NCBI GenBank assembly: GCA_934129895.1
Contig: CAKOWY010000008.1
Location: 298-64,297, forward strand
DNA from: an uncultured Clostridia bacterium
GTDB taxonomy: Bacteria; Bacillota; Clostridia; TANB77; CAG-508
Reading direction: 5' to 3'
DNA length: 64,000 nucleotides
The notes under the pieces were generated by a model. It saw nothing but the letters and a program-made list of their open reading frames with translations. It was not told the origin of the DNA and ran no database searches. A program made the position numbers and the translations under genes. This document shows, piece by piece, positions 1 to 9,963 of the stretch; position 1 is the first letter of the stretch; each line of letters begins with the position of its first letter.

Positions 1-1
1 A

Positions 2-2659
2 AACATATATGTAAAAATCAAGAACTATCAATTTGACTTAAAATTAATAAAGAGAATTGTAGAAGTAAATGGAGAAAAAGTTCCAGAAAGAATACAAAAA
101 GTAGATGTAAGTAAAATAAATACAAGAGATGAAAATGGAAAATTAATTACAACAGGAGATTATACATTAGATAAAACACCAGTAGCAGTAAAAAAAGGCG
201 ATATTGTAAAATATACATTTAGAATATACAACGAAGGAAACATAGATGGATATGCTGCAGAAATAACAGAAGACATTCCAGATGGATTAGAATTTATATG
301 GAATGAAAAAAGTGGAGATGAATTAAAAGCAGATACAACATTGACAAAAGCAGAAAAAGAAGCAATAGCATTCAACCAATCACAATTATGGGCATTCAAA
401 AAATCTGATATAAATGCTACAACAGGAAAAATAGAAACGATAACAACAGACTATTTATCAAAAGATAGAGAAGCTGTTGACGAAAATCTAATAAAAGCAT
501 TTGATAGTAAAAAAGGATATATAGACACAGATAAGGAAAAAAATCCAGACTATAAAGAAGTATCAGTAATGTTAAAAGTAGTATCAGATGATGTATCAGG
601 AAAAGTAATAAGAAATGAAGCATGTATATCAAAAGATACAGACAAAAATGGAAATGAAGTAGATGACAGAGATTCAAAACCAGAAGAATGGTCAGGAAGA
701 GAGCCAGACCACAAATATGAAGATGATGAAGATTATGATAATGTAATATTAAGTACATTTGATTTAGCATTAAGAAAATTCATAGTAGCAACAGGAAAAA
801 ATGAAAAAATAGAAAAGAAAGACTATTTAACAAATTCAGATGGAACATATCAAAGAGAGCCAGTAGTAGACACAAGTAAATTAAATACAGTAGGAGAAGA
901 TGGAAAATTAATAACAACAGCAATATATAATCATACAAAAGAACCAATATTAGTTCAAAAAGGAGATTATGTAGTATATTGTTTAAGAGTGTATAATGAA
1001 GGAAGTACAGATGGATATGCAGCAGAAGTAAAAGATTACTTACCAGAATATTTAGAATTTGTAAATGGAGAATTTAATGACAAATATGGATGGAAAGTAA
1101 GTGAAGATGGAAGAGTAGTTACAACATCATACTTATCATCAGATAAATATTTAATAAAAGCAGCCCAGACAGTAGATGGAAAAATAAAATTAAATTATCA
1201 AGATATAATGATATTATGTAAGGTAAAAGATACAGCAATAACAGGAGAAAAAGTAACAAATATAGCAGAGATATCAAAATATGAAGATAAAAAACATGAA
1301 ACAGTAGATGATAGAGATTCTGGAGAAGGAAATGTAAAAGTTCCAACAGACAAAGATTTACCATCATATAAAGATAATGAAAGTGGAAATTATATACCAG
1401 GGCAAGAAGATGATGATGATTTTGAAAAAATAATAATAAAGAAATTTGACTTAGCATTAAGAAAATTCATAACAAAAGTTCAAGAAAATGATGTAACAAC
1501 AAGAATACCACAAGTAAAGTATAAAGATGGAAAAATATCTTATGAACATACTAAAGATCCAATAACATTACATGTAAATGATGTAGTAATATATACAATA
1601 AGAGTATATAATGAAGGAGAAATAGATGGATATGCAAGTGAGATAAGTGATGACATTCCAAAATATTTAGAATATCTACCAGAAGATAGTACAAATAAAG
1701 AATACAAATGGGTAATGTATGATAAAGATGGAAAAGAAACAGATAAAGTAGAAGAGGCAACAAAATTAAAAACAACATATTTATCAAAAGAAAATGAGAA
1801 AAAAAATGGAGAATATTTATTAAAAGCATTTGATGGAAATGTAGAAAATATATCATATCATGACGTAAAAATAGCATTTAAAGTAAAAGATCCAAATTCA
1901 AATACATATATAATAACAAACCATGCACAAATATCAGATGACACAGATAAAAACGGAAAAGAAATAGATGATATTGATTCAAAGACAGATGAGTGGATAG
2001 AAGGAGAAGATGATCAAGATGTTGAACATGTAAAAGTAGAATATTTTGATTTATCATTATTAAAATATGTAACAAAAGTAATAGTAGAAGAAAATGGAAA
2101 ACAACAAATAACAGAAACAGGATATAATGGATTAGAAGATCCAGAGCCAGTAGTAAAAGTTGAATTAAAGAGAAAGAAATTAAACGAAGTAGTAGTTAAG
2201 TTTGGATATGGAATAAAAATAACAAACGAAGGAGATATTGCAGGATATGCAAAAGAAATAACAGACTATATACCAGAAGGATTAAAGTTTGTAGCAGAAG
2301 ATAATCCAGATTGGAAAGATGAAGGAAATAATGTAATATCAACAAGAAAACTAGAAAATACACTATTACAACCAGGAGAAAGTGCAACAGTAGAAGTAAT
2401 ATTAACATGGATAAATGGAGCAGACAACTTAGCAGAAAAGACAAATACAGCAGAGATATCAGAAGATCATAATGAATATGATGTACCAGATAGAGATTCA
2501 ACACCAGACAATCAAGTACCAGGAGAAGATGATATAGATATTGCAAAAGTAATATTATTAATATCAACAGGTACAGTACAAACATATTTTGCATTAACAT
2601 TAGGATTATTAGCAACAGTATTTGTAGGAGTATTTTTAATAAAGAAATTTGTATTATAA
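2..2659 (+). CDS. Large cell-surface/secreted repeat protein with DUF11-type ('conserved repeat domain') repeats. 5' end is cut by the window edge. C-terminal hydrophobic anchor
   Basis: Same frame is open from base 2 (no stop before the listed ATG at 341) through 2659. Four tandem ~200-240 aa units each carry FDL(A/K)L(R/I)K(F/Y)(I/V) ... Y.(L/I)RVYNEG..DGYA.E(I/V).D..P..LEF and DDRDS motifs. It ends in a hydrophobic segment plus KKFVL and has no canonical LPXTG. Confidence 0.7.
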   Translation, partial: NIYVKIKNYQFDLKLIKRIVEVNGEKVPERIQKVDVSKINTRDENGKLITTGDYTLDKTPVAVKKGDIVKYTFRIYNEGNIDGYAAEITEDIPDGLEFIWNEKSGDELKADTTLTKAEKEAIAFNQSQLWAFKKSDINATTGKIETITTDYLSKDREAVDENLIKAFDSKKGYIDTDKEKNPDYKEVSVMLKVVSDDVSGKVIRNEACISKDTDKNGNEVDDRDSKPEEWSGREPDHKYEDDEDYDNVILSTFDLALRKFIVATGKNEKIEKKDYLTNSDGTYQREPVVDTSKLNTVGEDGKLITTAIYNHTKEPILVQKGDYVVYCLRVYNEGSTDGYAAEVKDYLPEYLEFVNGEFNDKYGWKVSEDGRVVTTSYLSSDKYLIKAAQTVDGKIKLNYQDIMILCKVKDTAITGEKVTNIAEISKYEDKKHETVDDRDSGEGNVKVPTDKDLPSYKDNESGNYIPGQEDDDDFEKIIIKKFDLALRKFITKVQENDVTTRIPQVKYKDGKISYEHTKDPITLHVNDVVIYTIRVYNEGEIDGYASEISDDIPKYLEYLPEDSTNKEYKWVMYDKDGKETDKVEEATKLKTTYLSKENEKKNGEYLLKAFDGNVENISYHDVKIAFKVKDPNSNTYIITNHAQISDDTDKNGKEIDDIDSKTDEWIEGEDDQDVEHVKVEYFDLSLLKYVTKVIVEENGKQQITETGYNGLEDPEPVVKVELKRKKLNEVVVKFGYGIKITNEGDIAGYAKEITDYIPEGLKFVAEDNPDWKDEGNNVISTRKLENTLLQPGESATVEVILTWINGADNLAEKTNTAEISEDHNEYDVPDRDSTPDNQVPGEDDIDIAKVILLISTGTVQTYFALTLGLLATVFVGVFLIKKFVL
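32..2560 (+). repeat. Intragenic tandem domain repeats (units starting near 32, 758, 1445 and 2045; period ~600-730 nt) inside the surface-protein gene
   Basis: Recurring 'tttga(c/t)tta..attaagaaaattcat' and 'gatgg(a/t)tatgc(a/t)g(c/t)aga' nucleotide blocks, with recurring peptide motifs in the translation. Confidence 0.6.
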
Positions 2660-2667
2660 AAATTAAA

Positions 2668-2697
2668 ACAGATTAGAATTTTCTAATCTGTTTTTTT
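2668..2697 (+). terminator. Rho-independent terminator after the surface-protein gene
   Basis: Inverted repeat acagattagaa / ttctaatctgt followed by a T7 run. Confidence 0.7.
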
Positions 2698-2783
2698 ACA
2701 TAAATAATAAAAAATCTTGAAAATTATAAAAATACGTGATATATTATACAAGTAAAAACAAGAAGGAAGGATTTGAGAGGACA

Positions 2784-5540
2784 ATGAGTATTTTTAGCAA
2801 AATATTTAAAAGTTATAGTGAAAAAGAAGTAAAGAGAGTAATGCCAATTGTTGAAAAAATAAATTCATTAGAAGATGAGATTTCAAAATTAACAGATGAA
2901 GAATTAAAAAATAAAACAAATGAATTTAAAAATCAATTGAAAGATGGAAAAACACTAGATGATTTATTACCAGAAGCTTATGCAGTTGTTAGAGAAGCAT
3001 CAAAAAGAGTATTAGGAATGAGACATTTTGATGTTCAGTTAATAGGTGGAATTATATTACATCAAGGTAGAATTGCAGAGATGAAAACAGGTGAAGGAAA
3101 AACGCTTGTTGCAACATTACCAGTATACCTAAATGCTTTAACAGGAAGAGGAGTACATGTAATAACAGTAAATGACTATTTAGCAAAAAGAGATAGTGAA
3201 TGGATGGGAAAATTATATAAATTCATGGGATTATCAGTAGGATTAGTTATTGCTGGAATGTCACCAAAAGAGAAAAAAGTAGCTTATGATTGTGATATAA
3301 CTTATGGAACGAATAATGAATTTGGATTTGACTATTTAAGAGATAATATGGTTATATATAAAGAGCAACTAGTTCAAAGAGAATTAGCTTATGCAATTGT
3401 TGACGAGATAGATAGTATATTAATAGATGAAGCAAGAACACCACTTATTATATCTGGTAGAGCAAATCAATCATCAGAACTATATAAAAAAGCAAATGAC
3501 TTTGTAAAAAGACTAACACCAAAAATAATCGTTGAAGAAGATGTAAAAGATGAAGAACAAGCAGAAGATAATGAAAAATATGATTATATAGTTGATTTAA
3601 AAGCAAAATCAGCATCATTAACACAAAAAGGAATAAAAAAAGCAGAAGAAACATTTCATCTTGAAAACTTTAATGATATAGAAAACTCAACACTTGTTCA
3701 TCATGTAAACCAAGCATTGAGAGCTCATGGAGTAATGAAGAAAGATATAGATTACATTGTAAAAGATGGAGAAGTTTTAATTGTAGATGAATTTACAGGA
3801 CGTATTATGTACGGAAGAAGATATAATAATGGATTACATCAAGCAATTGAAGCAAAAGAAGGAGTAAGAATTGCAGATGAATCAAAAACACTTGCAACAA
3901 TTACATTCCAAAACTATTTTAGAATGTATGATAAGTTAGCAGGTATGACTGGTACTGCAATGACAGAAGAAGCTGAATTTGAAGAGATTTATAATTTGGA
4001 TGTTATTGCAATTCCAACAAATAAGCCAATGATTAGAAAAGACCTAGATGATGTTATATATACTACAGAAACTGCAAAATTCAATGCAATTGTTCAAAGT
4101 GTAAAAGAAAGTCATGAAAAGGGACAACCAGTATTAATTGGTACAATATCAATTGAAAAATCAGAAAAATTAAGTGGTATTTTGAAAAAAGAAGGAATAA
4201 AGCATGAAGTTTTAAATGCTAAATATCATGAAAAAGAAGCTGAAATAATAGCTCAAGCAGGAAAATTTGGAGCTGTAACAATTGCAACTAACATGGCAGG
4301 ACGTGGTACGGATATTATGCTTGGAGGAAACAGCGAATATCTTGCAAAACAAGAAATGAGAAAAAATAAAATACCAGAAAATTTAATAGAAGAGGCCAAT
4401 ACATATTATGAAACTGATGATGAAGAAATCTTAAAAGCTAGAGAGAAATTTAATGAACTTGAAAAGAAATATCATGAAGAAATAAAAGAAGAAAAAGAAA
4501 AAGTTATAGCAGCTGGTGGATTAAAGATAATAGGAACAGAAAGACATGAATCAAGAAGAATTGATAACCAGTTAAGAGGACGTAGTGGTCGTCAAGGTGA
4601 CCCAGGAGAATCTAAGTTTTATATAAGTTTAGATGATGACTTAATTAAAATATTTGGTGAAAACTCAATTATAAATAAAGTTAAGGCGAGTCAAAGTATT
4701 CAAAATATACCAATAGAACATAAAATGATAACAAATCTAGTAGAAACAGCACAAAAAAGAATTGAAGGTAGAAACTTTAGTATAAGAAAAAATGTATTAA
4801 AATATGATGATGTTATGAATGCACAAAGAGAAATTATATACAAACAAAGAAGAGAAGTTCTTGATGGTGAAAACTTAAAAGATAATATATTGAATATGAT
4901 AAATTCACTTGCTGAAGAGGTTGTTTTATCACAGTTTGCTGGAGAAAATGAAGTAAATGTAGAAGCATTAAATACAAACATAAAAAATACATTTGGAATT
5001 GATATTAGTAGCTTTATAAAAGAAAATTCAAATTCATCTCAAAAAATTATAGAGGAATTGCAAAAAGAGGCTCTTTCAGAATATGAAAAGAAGGAACAAG
5101 AAATTGGTGCTGATGAATTAAGAGAAATGGAAAGAGTTGTTATGCTTAAAGTGGTTGATCAAAAATGGATGGATCACATTGATGCAATGGATGAATTAAA
5201 AGATGGAATTGGACTTAGAGCTTATGGACAACAAGATCCTGTTGTTAAATATAGGATTGAAGGTATGGATATGTTCGAGGAAATGGTATTAGATATAAAA
5301 CATGATGTTGTTCAATTAATGATGAATGTTCGTAAACAAGATGAAGTAAAACGTGAAGAAACAGCTAAAATAACAGGAGCAGCATTACAAAATTTAAAGG
5401 GATTAGATGCTGATCAAAGTAAAGTAAAATCAGAAGTTAATAGAACAGTTGTTAATTCTGGACCTAAAGTTGGAAGAAACGATCCATGTCCATGTGGTTC
5501 GGGTAAAAAGTATAAGAATTGTTGTGGCAAGAATGTTTAA
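2784..5540 (+). CDS. secA: Preprotein translocase ATPase SecA
   Basis: The 934-aa ORF has DEAD-motor motifs ([24 protein letters not shown]) and the C-terminal zinc finger [17 protein letters not shown]. The likely true start is ATG 2784 (MSIFSKIFK) behind RBS ggaagg..gagagg. Confidence 0.95.
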   Translation: MSIFSKIFKSYSEKEVKRVMPIVEKINSLEDEISKLTDEELKNKTNEFKNQLKDGKTLDDLLPEAYAVVREASKRVLGMRHFDVQLIGGIILHQGRIAEMKTGEGKTLVATLPVYLNALTGRGVHVITVNDYLAKRDSEWMGKLYKFMGLSVGLVIAGMSPKEKKVAYDCDITYGTNNEFGFDYLRDNMVIYKEQLVQRELAYAIVDEIDSILIDEARTPLIISGRANQSSELYKKANDFVKRLTPKIIVEEDVKDEEQAEDNEKYDYIVDLKAKSASLTQKGIKKAEETFHLENFNDIENSTLVHHVNQALRAHGVMKKDIDYIVKDGEVLIVDEFTGRIMYGRRYNNGLHQAIEAKEGVRIADESKTLATITFQNYFRMYDKLAGMTGTAMTEEAEFEEIYNLDVIAIPTNKPMIRKDLDDVIYTTETAKFNAIVQSVKESHEKGQPVLIGTISIEKSEKLSGILKKEGIKHEVLNAKYHEKEAEIIAQAGKFGAVTIATNMAGRGTDIMLGGNSEYLAKQEMRKNKIPENLIEEANTYYETDDEEILKAREKFNELEKKYHEEIKEEKEKVIAAGGLKIIGTERHESRRIDNQLRGRSGRQGDPGESKFYISLDDDLIKIFGENSIINKVKASQSIQNIPIEHKMITNLVETAQKRIEGRNFSIRKNVLKYDDVMNAQREIIYKQRREVLDGENLKDNILNMINSLAEEVVLSQFAGENEVNVEALNTNIKNTFGIDISSFIKENSNSSQKIIEELQKEALSEYEKKEQEIGADELREMERVVMLKVVDQKWMDHIDAMDELKDGIGLRAYGQQDPVVKYRIEGMDMFEEMVLDIKHDVVQLMMNVRKQDEVKREETAKITGAALQNLKGLDADQSKVKSEVNRTVVNSGPKVGRNDPCPCGSGKKYKNCCGKNV

Positions 5541-5730
5541 ATACTAGATTTGGAAGGATTTATGAATATTTAAAAAATTAGCAGCAAAATCAGATTGTCA
5601 CCCAAACTTAAATAAAAATTTGATAAATGCTTAAAAATAAAGGAGTGTAGCCCAAATAAAATGGGTGACACTTCTTTTTTATACTTATATATGATATAAA
5701 ACAAATATATATAAAATAAGGAGGAATTAT

Positions 5731-6992
5731 ATGGGAAGAATCAATACTAGAAAAAGAGGAAAAGTTTACGAATACTTTTTTGAAGGTGCAAAAGTAAACA
5801 ATAAAAGAACTAGAATTTCAAAATCTGGATTTAGAACAAAAAATGAAGCTTATTTAGCAGGAATGAAAGCTTATAATGAATATGTTAATGGAAAAATCAA
5901 AAAAGAATCACAAATGTCATATTTAGATTATTTAGATTATTGGATGAAAGAATATTTTGAAATTAACTACAAATATTCAACAGCCAAAAGATATAAAGAA
6001 TCATTTGACGCAATAAAGAAAATACTTGGAAAGTATAGAATTTGTAACATTACTCCATTTATACTAAATCAAGCATTATTAAAACTATATCAAAAATCAG
6101 GAACAAAAGAATCTTTAAGAAATTATCAAAAGGTAATAAAAAGTTCATTAAGAGATGCGGCAAATTATTTTGGGTTTATTGATGGTAATCCAGCAGGAGA
6201 TTTACAAATTCCAAGAGTTCTATCATTTGAACCAAAAAAAACGTAATAAAACATATCTATACAAATGAAGAAATTGAAAAAATTTTATTAAGATTTCAAA
6301 ACAATCCAACATTTACTTGTGCGTTTTTAACAGCTTGTTATACTGGGATGAGAACAGGAGAAGTATTTGGGCTAACTTGGAACGATATTGATTTAAAGAA
6401 TAAATTAATAAGAATAAATAAAACTGTGTATTCAAAATTGAAAGACGAAAAAGGAAGATGGTTTCTAGGAACAACTAAAACAGATGGAAGTTGTAGAGAA
6501 GTCTATATTTGTGATACTTTATATAATGCATTATGCAATTATAAAAAGCAACAACAATTAAACAAGAAAAAATATGGTAATAATTATAAAAAGTATTCAT
6601 TAGATCCAATAAAAAATAAATATGGTAAAGTAGTTGAATATAAAATAATTGAGACTAAATATAAAAATGAGAATAATATTGAAATGGTATTTACACGCAA
6701 AAATGGAAGTTATGTAGGAACGGATGTTATTAAATATCCATTTAAAATAATACACCATGAATTACAAATAGAAAATTGTAGATTTTATGATTTGAGAGGG
6801 AGTTATGCGACAAAATGCTTGAGAAACGGCATTGAAATTAAGGATGTTGCTGATATATTAGGTCATAGAAGAATTGAGACTACAGAAAATTATTATATAT
6901 TGAGTAATATAGAATCAAGAAAAAGGGCAAATGGCATTTTAGAGGCAATAATTAATTCTGAAATCATAAATAGAATTATAAAATATAAATAA
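5731..6992 (+). pseudogene. int: Tyrosine recombinase/phage-type integrase (N-terminal Arm/AP2-like DNA-binding domain plus catalytic domain), disrupted by a single frameshift
   Basis: ORF 5731-6246 (MGRINTRKRGKVYEYFFEGAKVNNKRTRISKSGFRTKNEAY...) and ORF 6348-6992 (RTGEVFGLTW..., HDLRGSYAT, LGHRRIETTENYY = R..H.R..Y catalytic residues) are contiguous in sequence. The frame changes at the A8 run 6234-6241. One extra A would give the in-frame ...EPKKNVIKHIYTNEEIEKILL... Confidence 0.8.
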
Positions 6993-7009
6993 AAACACAG
7001 GGTAAAGGT

Positions 7010-7038
7010 TTGCAAAATAGTGCAAAATATGGTAAAAT
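7010..7038 (+). promoter_or_regulatory. Sigma-A-type promoter of the island cargo operon
   Basis: ttgcaa - 17 nt - taaaat. The spacer holds two direct 'tgcaaaata' copies. RBS aaggag sits 9 nt before ATG 7083. Confidence 0.5.
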
Positions 7039-7082
7039 TTGTATGTGAGATAGAAATATGATTTGTAAAAGGAGTATAATGT

Positions 7083-8333
7083 ATGAAAATTATATTTTTT
7101 TACTATTATTATGATGATAAAATAAAGGACAAAAGAAGAGTGGAATTTCCGCCATTAGGTATGTTGTATTTGTGTTCTTCTTTAGAGAAAATAGGCTGTG
7201 ATGTGAAAGTAAAGTATTTTGATGAAAGGACAAGAATAGAGGACATACCAAATGCTGATATATATGCTTATTCAATTTCATCTACAGCATCATACCCTAC
7301 ATATTTACAACTAGCAGAAAAATTGAAGGAAAAAGCAACATATCATATTGCTGGAAATACACAAGCAACTATATTTCCAGAACAAGTTCTAAAACAAATG
7401 AATTTAGATGTCGTATTTACAGGAGAAGGCGAGAAAATCGTTACAGACTGGATAAAAAATGGTTGTAAAGAAAAAGGAATAATTAAAGGAGAAAGAGTAG
7501 ATATTACAGATTTACCGTTTCCGGCAAGACACTTGATACCAGATGACAAAATATATATGAATAATCGAGTTGGAGGAAAGAGCAAGAATTCTATTAGTAT
7601 GATATCTTCAAGAGGATGTGTATTTGGTTGTAAGTTTTGTGCAATTCAAAACAGAGGAAAGGTAAAATTTAGAGATTTACATGATTTTGAGAAAGAAGTT
7701 AAATATATTTTAGAAAAATATCCAAAATGCGATGGTATTACATTGTTAGATGAGACATTTACATTAAATACAAAACATGCAGTAGGAATTGCAAATATTT
7801 TTAAAAAATATGGATTAGAATGGGAATGTAACTCAAGAGTAGATACTGTTAATGAAGAAATAATTGAGGCATTAAGAGATAGTAATTGTCAAGAAATAAG
7901 ATTAGGAATTGAAAGTGGCTCACAGAGAATGGTTGACAGTATGAACAAAGGAATAAATCTAGAAAATGCTAAAGAAGTGATAAAAAGACTACATAAAAGT
8001 GGTATACCTGTTAAATTATATATAATGCATGGATATCCTGGGGAAAATATTGAATCTAGTCTAGAAACAGCACAATATTTAAATGAGTTAAGAGAATATA
8101 TACATAGAATTAGTTTGTATAGGTTTGTTCCTTTACCAGGATCACCAGTATTTAATGAAGGAAAATTAAATAAATTGAATTGGACAGACTATACGATATA
8201 TGATAATAATAATCATTGGTGGGGAACAGAAACTGATTTCAACAATATGAATTTAGGATATGGAATAGTAGAAAAATGTGTTAAGTCAATTAATAATAAA
8301 GAATATAAAAAAGAATTAGAAGAAGAGAGGTAA
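7083..8333 (+). CDS. B12-binding-domain radical SAM protein (class B radical SAM family)
   Basis: The N-terminus (MKIIFF..PPLGMLYLCSSL, glycine-rich Rossmann-like segment) is typical of cobalamin-binding radical SAM enzymes. CxxxCxxC cluster SSRGCVFGCKFCA; 416 aa. Confidence 0.75.
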   Translation: MKIIFFYYYYDDKIKDKRRVEFPPLGMLYLCSSLEKIGCDVKVKYFDERTRIEDIPNADIYAYSISSTASYPTYLQLAEKLKEKATYHIAGNTQATIFPEQVLKQMNLDVVFTGEGEKIVTDWIKNGCKEKGIIKGERVDITDLPFPARHLIPDDKIYMNNRVGGKSKNSISMISSRGCVFGCKFCAIQNRGKVKFRDLHDFEKEVKYILEKYPKCDGITLLDETFTLNTKHAVGIANIFKKYGLEWECNSRVDTVNEEIIEALRDSNCQEIRLGIESGSQRMVDSMNKGINLENAKEVIKRLHKSGIPVKLYIMHGYPGENIESSLETAQYLNELREYIHRISLYRFVPLPGSPVFNEGKLNKLNWTDYTIYDNNNHWWGTETDFNNMNLGYGIVEKCVKSINNKEYKKELEEER

Positions 8334-8340
8334 TAAGAAT

Positions 8341-9024
8341 ATGGAGTGTTCATTTTGTAGTGAAATAAATGGTAAAGAAGAAAATAATTTTTTTAATATA
8401 TATTTAAAAGATGAATTTGGAAAAGAAGGATTGAATAGTAGAATAGTAGCAACTACTCATAATTTTGTAATAATGCCTATGGTAGGACCACTAGTACCAG
8501 GATATTTATTAATAGTACCAAAAAATCATTGCCTATCAATATCACAATTAGCACAAAATCAAATTGAAGAATTAAAAATTATAAAAGAAGAATTGAAAAA
8601 AGTTTTTGAACAAAAATACGGTAAATCTGTATTTTATGAACATGGAGCATTATCTTGTTCAGCAAAAGGTGGCTCTTGCTCCGACCACGCACATTTACAT
8701 ATTGTTGCAGTAGATACAGATGTAAAAGATAAATTTCATAAATATGGATATGAATTAAGAGAATTAAAGAATTATAATGAGATAATAAATCAAAAACAAC
8801 GAAATATACCATATTTATATTATGAGAATCAAAATGGAGAAATGTTTTTAGCCGATGCACCAATAGTAGAATCACAATTTATAAGAAAATTAATTGCAAA
8901 AGATATAAATGCATTAGATAGGGCTTTATGGAATGAAAATATTAGAAAAGATTGGATGATAGAAATAGTCAAGACTTTAAGACCACATTTCGATAAAATG
9001 AAAGGAAATTCAATATGGGAGTAA
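8341..9024 (+). CDS. HIT (histidine triad) family nucleotide-binding protein with a ~100-aa C-terminal extension
   Basis: N-terminal CSFC, then ...FVIMPMVGPLVPGYLLIVPKNH..., and the histidine triad DHAHLHIVAV (H-phi-H-phi-H-phi-phi). Starts 8 nt after the upstream gene. Confidence 0.65.
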   Translation: MECSFCSEINGKEENNFFNIYLKDEFGKEGLNSRIVATTHNFVIMPMVGPLVPGYLLIVPKNHCLSISQLAQNQIEELKIIKEELKKVFEQKYGKSVFYEHGALSCSAKGGSCSDHAHLHIVAVDTDVKDKFHKYGYELRELKNYNEIINQKQRNIPYLYYENQNGEMFLADAPIVESQFIRKLIAKDINALDRALWNENIRKDWMIEIVKTLRPHFDKMKGNSIWE

Positions 9025-9075
9025 AACAATTTTTAGGAATAAAATGGATAAATAGTAATCCACAAATGCTATTTT

Positions 9076-9963
9076 ATGATAATATTACACATTCTATACA
9101 ATATGAAGATTGCAATCGGAATCATAGAAATAAAAAAGACGATGGAAAAACACTGCAAAGGGTATTATGATTTGATAAAAAAAAAAATGGTACCATGTAA
9201 ATCCTTTACTAATCTAACAGAAAGTGGATATAGTCAATGTAAAGAATGCCAAGAAAAATCAGGATTTGATTTATGCCTAGGATGTAATGGTAGTACATGT
9301 CAAACAAATAGTAATAAAGCAAGGATATTTTGCCATGAAGGACATCATGTATATCTTGCTTATTTTGCAAATGATAAACTAAAAGTTGGAACAGCAGCAA
9401 GTTATAGAAAATATGAAAGAATATTAGAACAAGGAGCTTTATATTCTATATTTTTAGCTCAAACTCCAAATGGAAGAATTGCAAGACAAATAGAAAGTCA
9501 AATATCTAAATTAGGAATAACATCTAGAGTAAATTCATCTTATAAAATGAATAATTTTATAATAGATAGGGAGCAAGAAGAAATCGACAGAATGCTTATG
9601 CAAGAATATGAATCTATTTTAAGAAATATCGATGAAAGATTCAAAAAATATTTTATAAAACCAGAATATAATAATTTTATAAATATTTCAGATAAAGTCA
9701 GACAAAACTTATTAGAAGAAAGTAGGCAATTAAATCTTTTTGGTGGAATGGATGACCCTACACATAAAGAATATGAAAAAATATCAAAACCTGAATACAT
9801 ATCAGGAGAAATACAAACAACAGTTGGAAGTTTAATATTATTAAAAAATGAAAATAAATATTCGGTAGTAAATATGAAAAGTTTAGAAGGATGGATGGTA
9901 GATTTTAAAAAAAGAGAAATAGGAGAGAAAAATAATGGAGTCTTTGATAGAGGCGAAAGATAA
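9076..9963 (+). CDS. Cys-rich zinc-ribbon protein with a GIY-YIG/T5orf172-like motif. Start is uncertain (9076, 9109 or 9142)
   Basis: Cys pairs C..C(35-48), CKEC, CLGC..C. Then HVYLAYFANDKLKVGTAASYRKYERILEQGA, which resembles GIY-(10-11 aa)-YIG..R..E spacing. Confidence 0.45.
   Translation: MIILHILYNMKIAIGIIEIKKTMEKHCKGYYDLIKKKMVPCKSFTNLTESGYSQCKECQEKSGFDLCLGCNGSTCQTNSNKARIFCHEGHHVYLAYFANDKLKVGTAASYRKYERILEQGALYSIFLAQTPNGRIARQIESQISKLGITSRVNSSYKMNNFIIDREQEEIDRMLMQEYESILRNIDERFKKYFIKPEYNNFINISDKVRQNLLEESRQLNLFGGMDDPTHKEYEKISKPEYISGEIQTTVGSLILLKNENKYSVVNMKSLEGWMVDFKKREIGEKNNGVFDRGER

Noticed and set aside
417-2615. Series of minus-strand Leu/Phe/His-rich ORFs (417-770, 1119-1457, 1551-1877, 1878-2075, 2196-2615)
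   Set aside because: These are antisense to the large repeat-protein gene. Their composition reflects translating the AT-rich, A-biased coding strand in reverse. No RBS or conservation.
5541-5730. Looked for a tRNA/tmRNA gene as the integration target next to the integrase
   Set aside because: No cloverleaf-compatible sequence (acceptor stem, T-loop GTTC motif) is present. The secA 3' end itself appears to be the target.
9209-9800. Minus-strand ORFs 9209-9400 and 9540-9800 inside the island
   Set aside because: Antisense to the Cys-rich cargo gene. Low complexity, no RBS.
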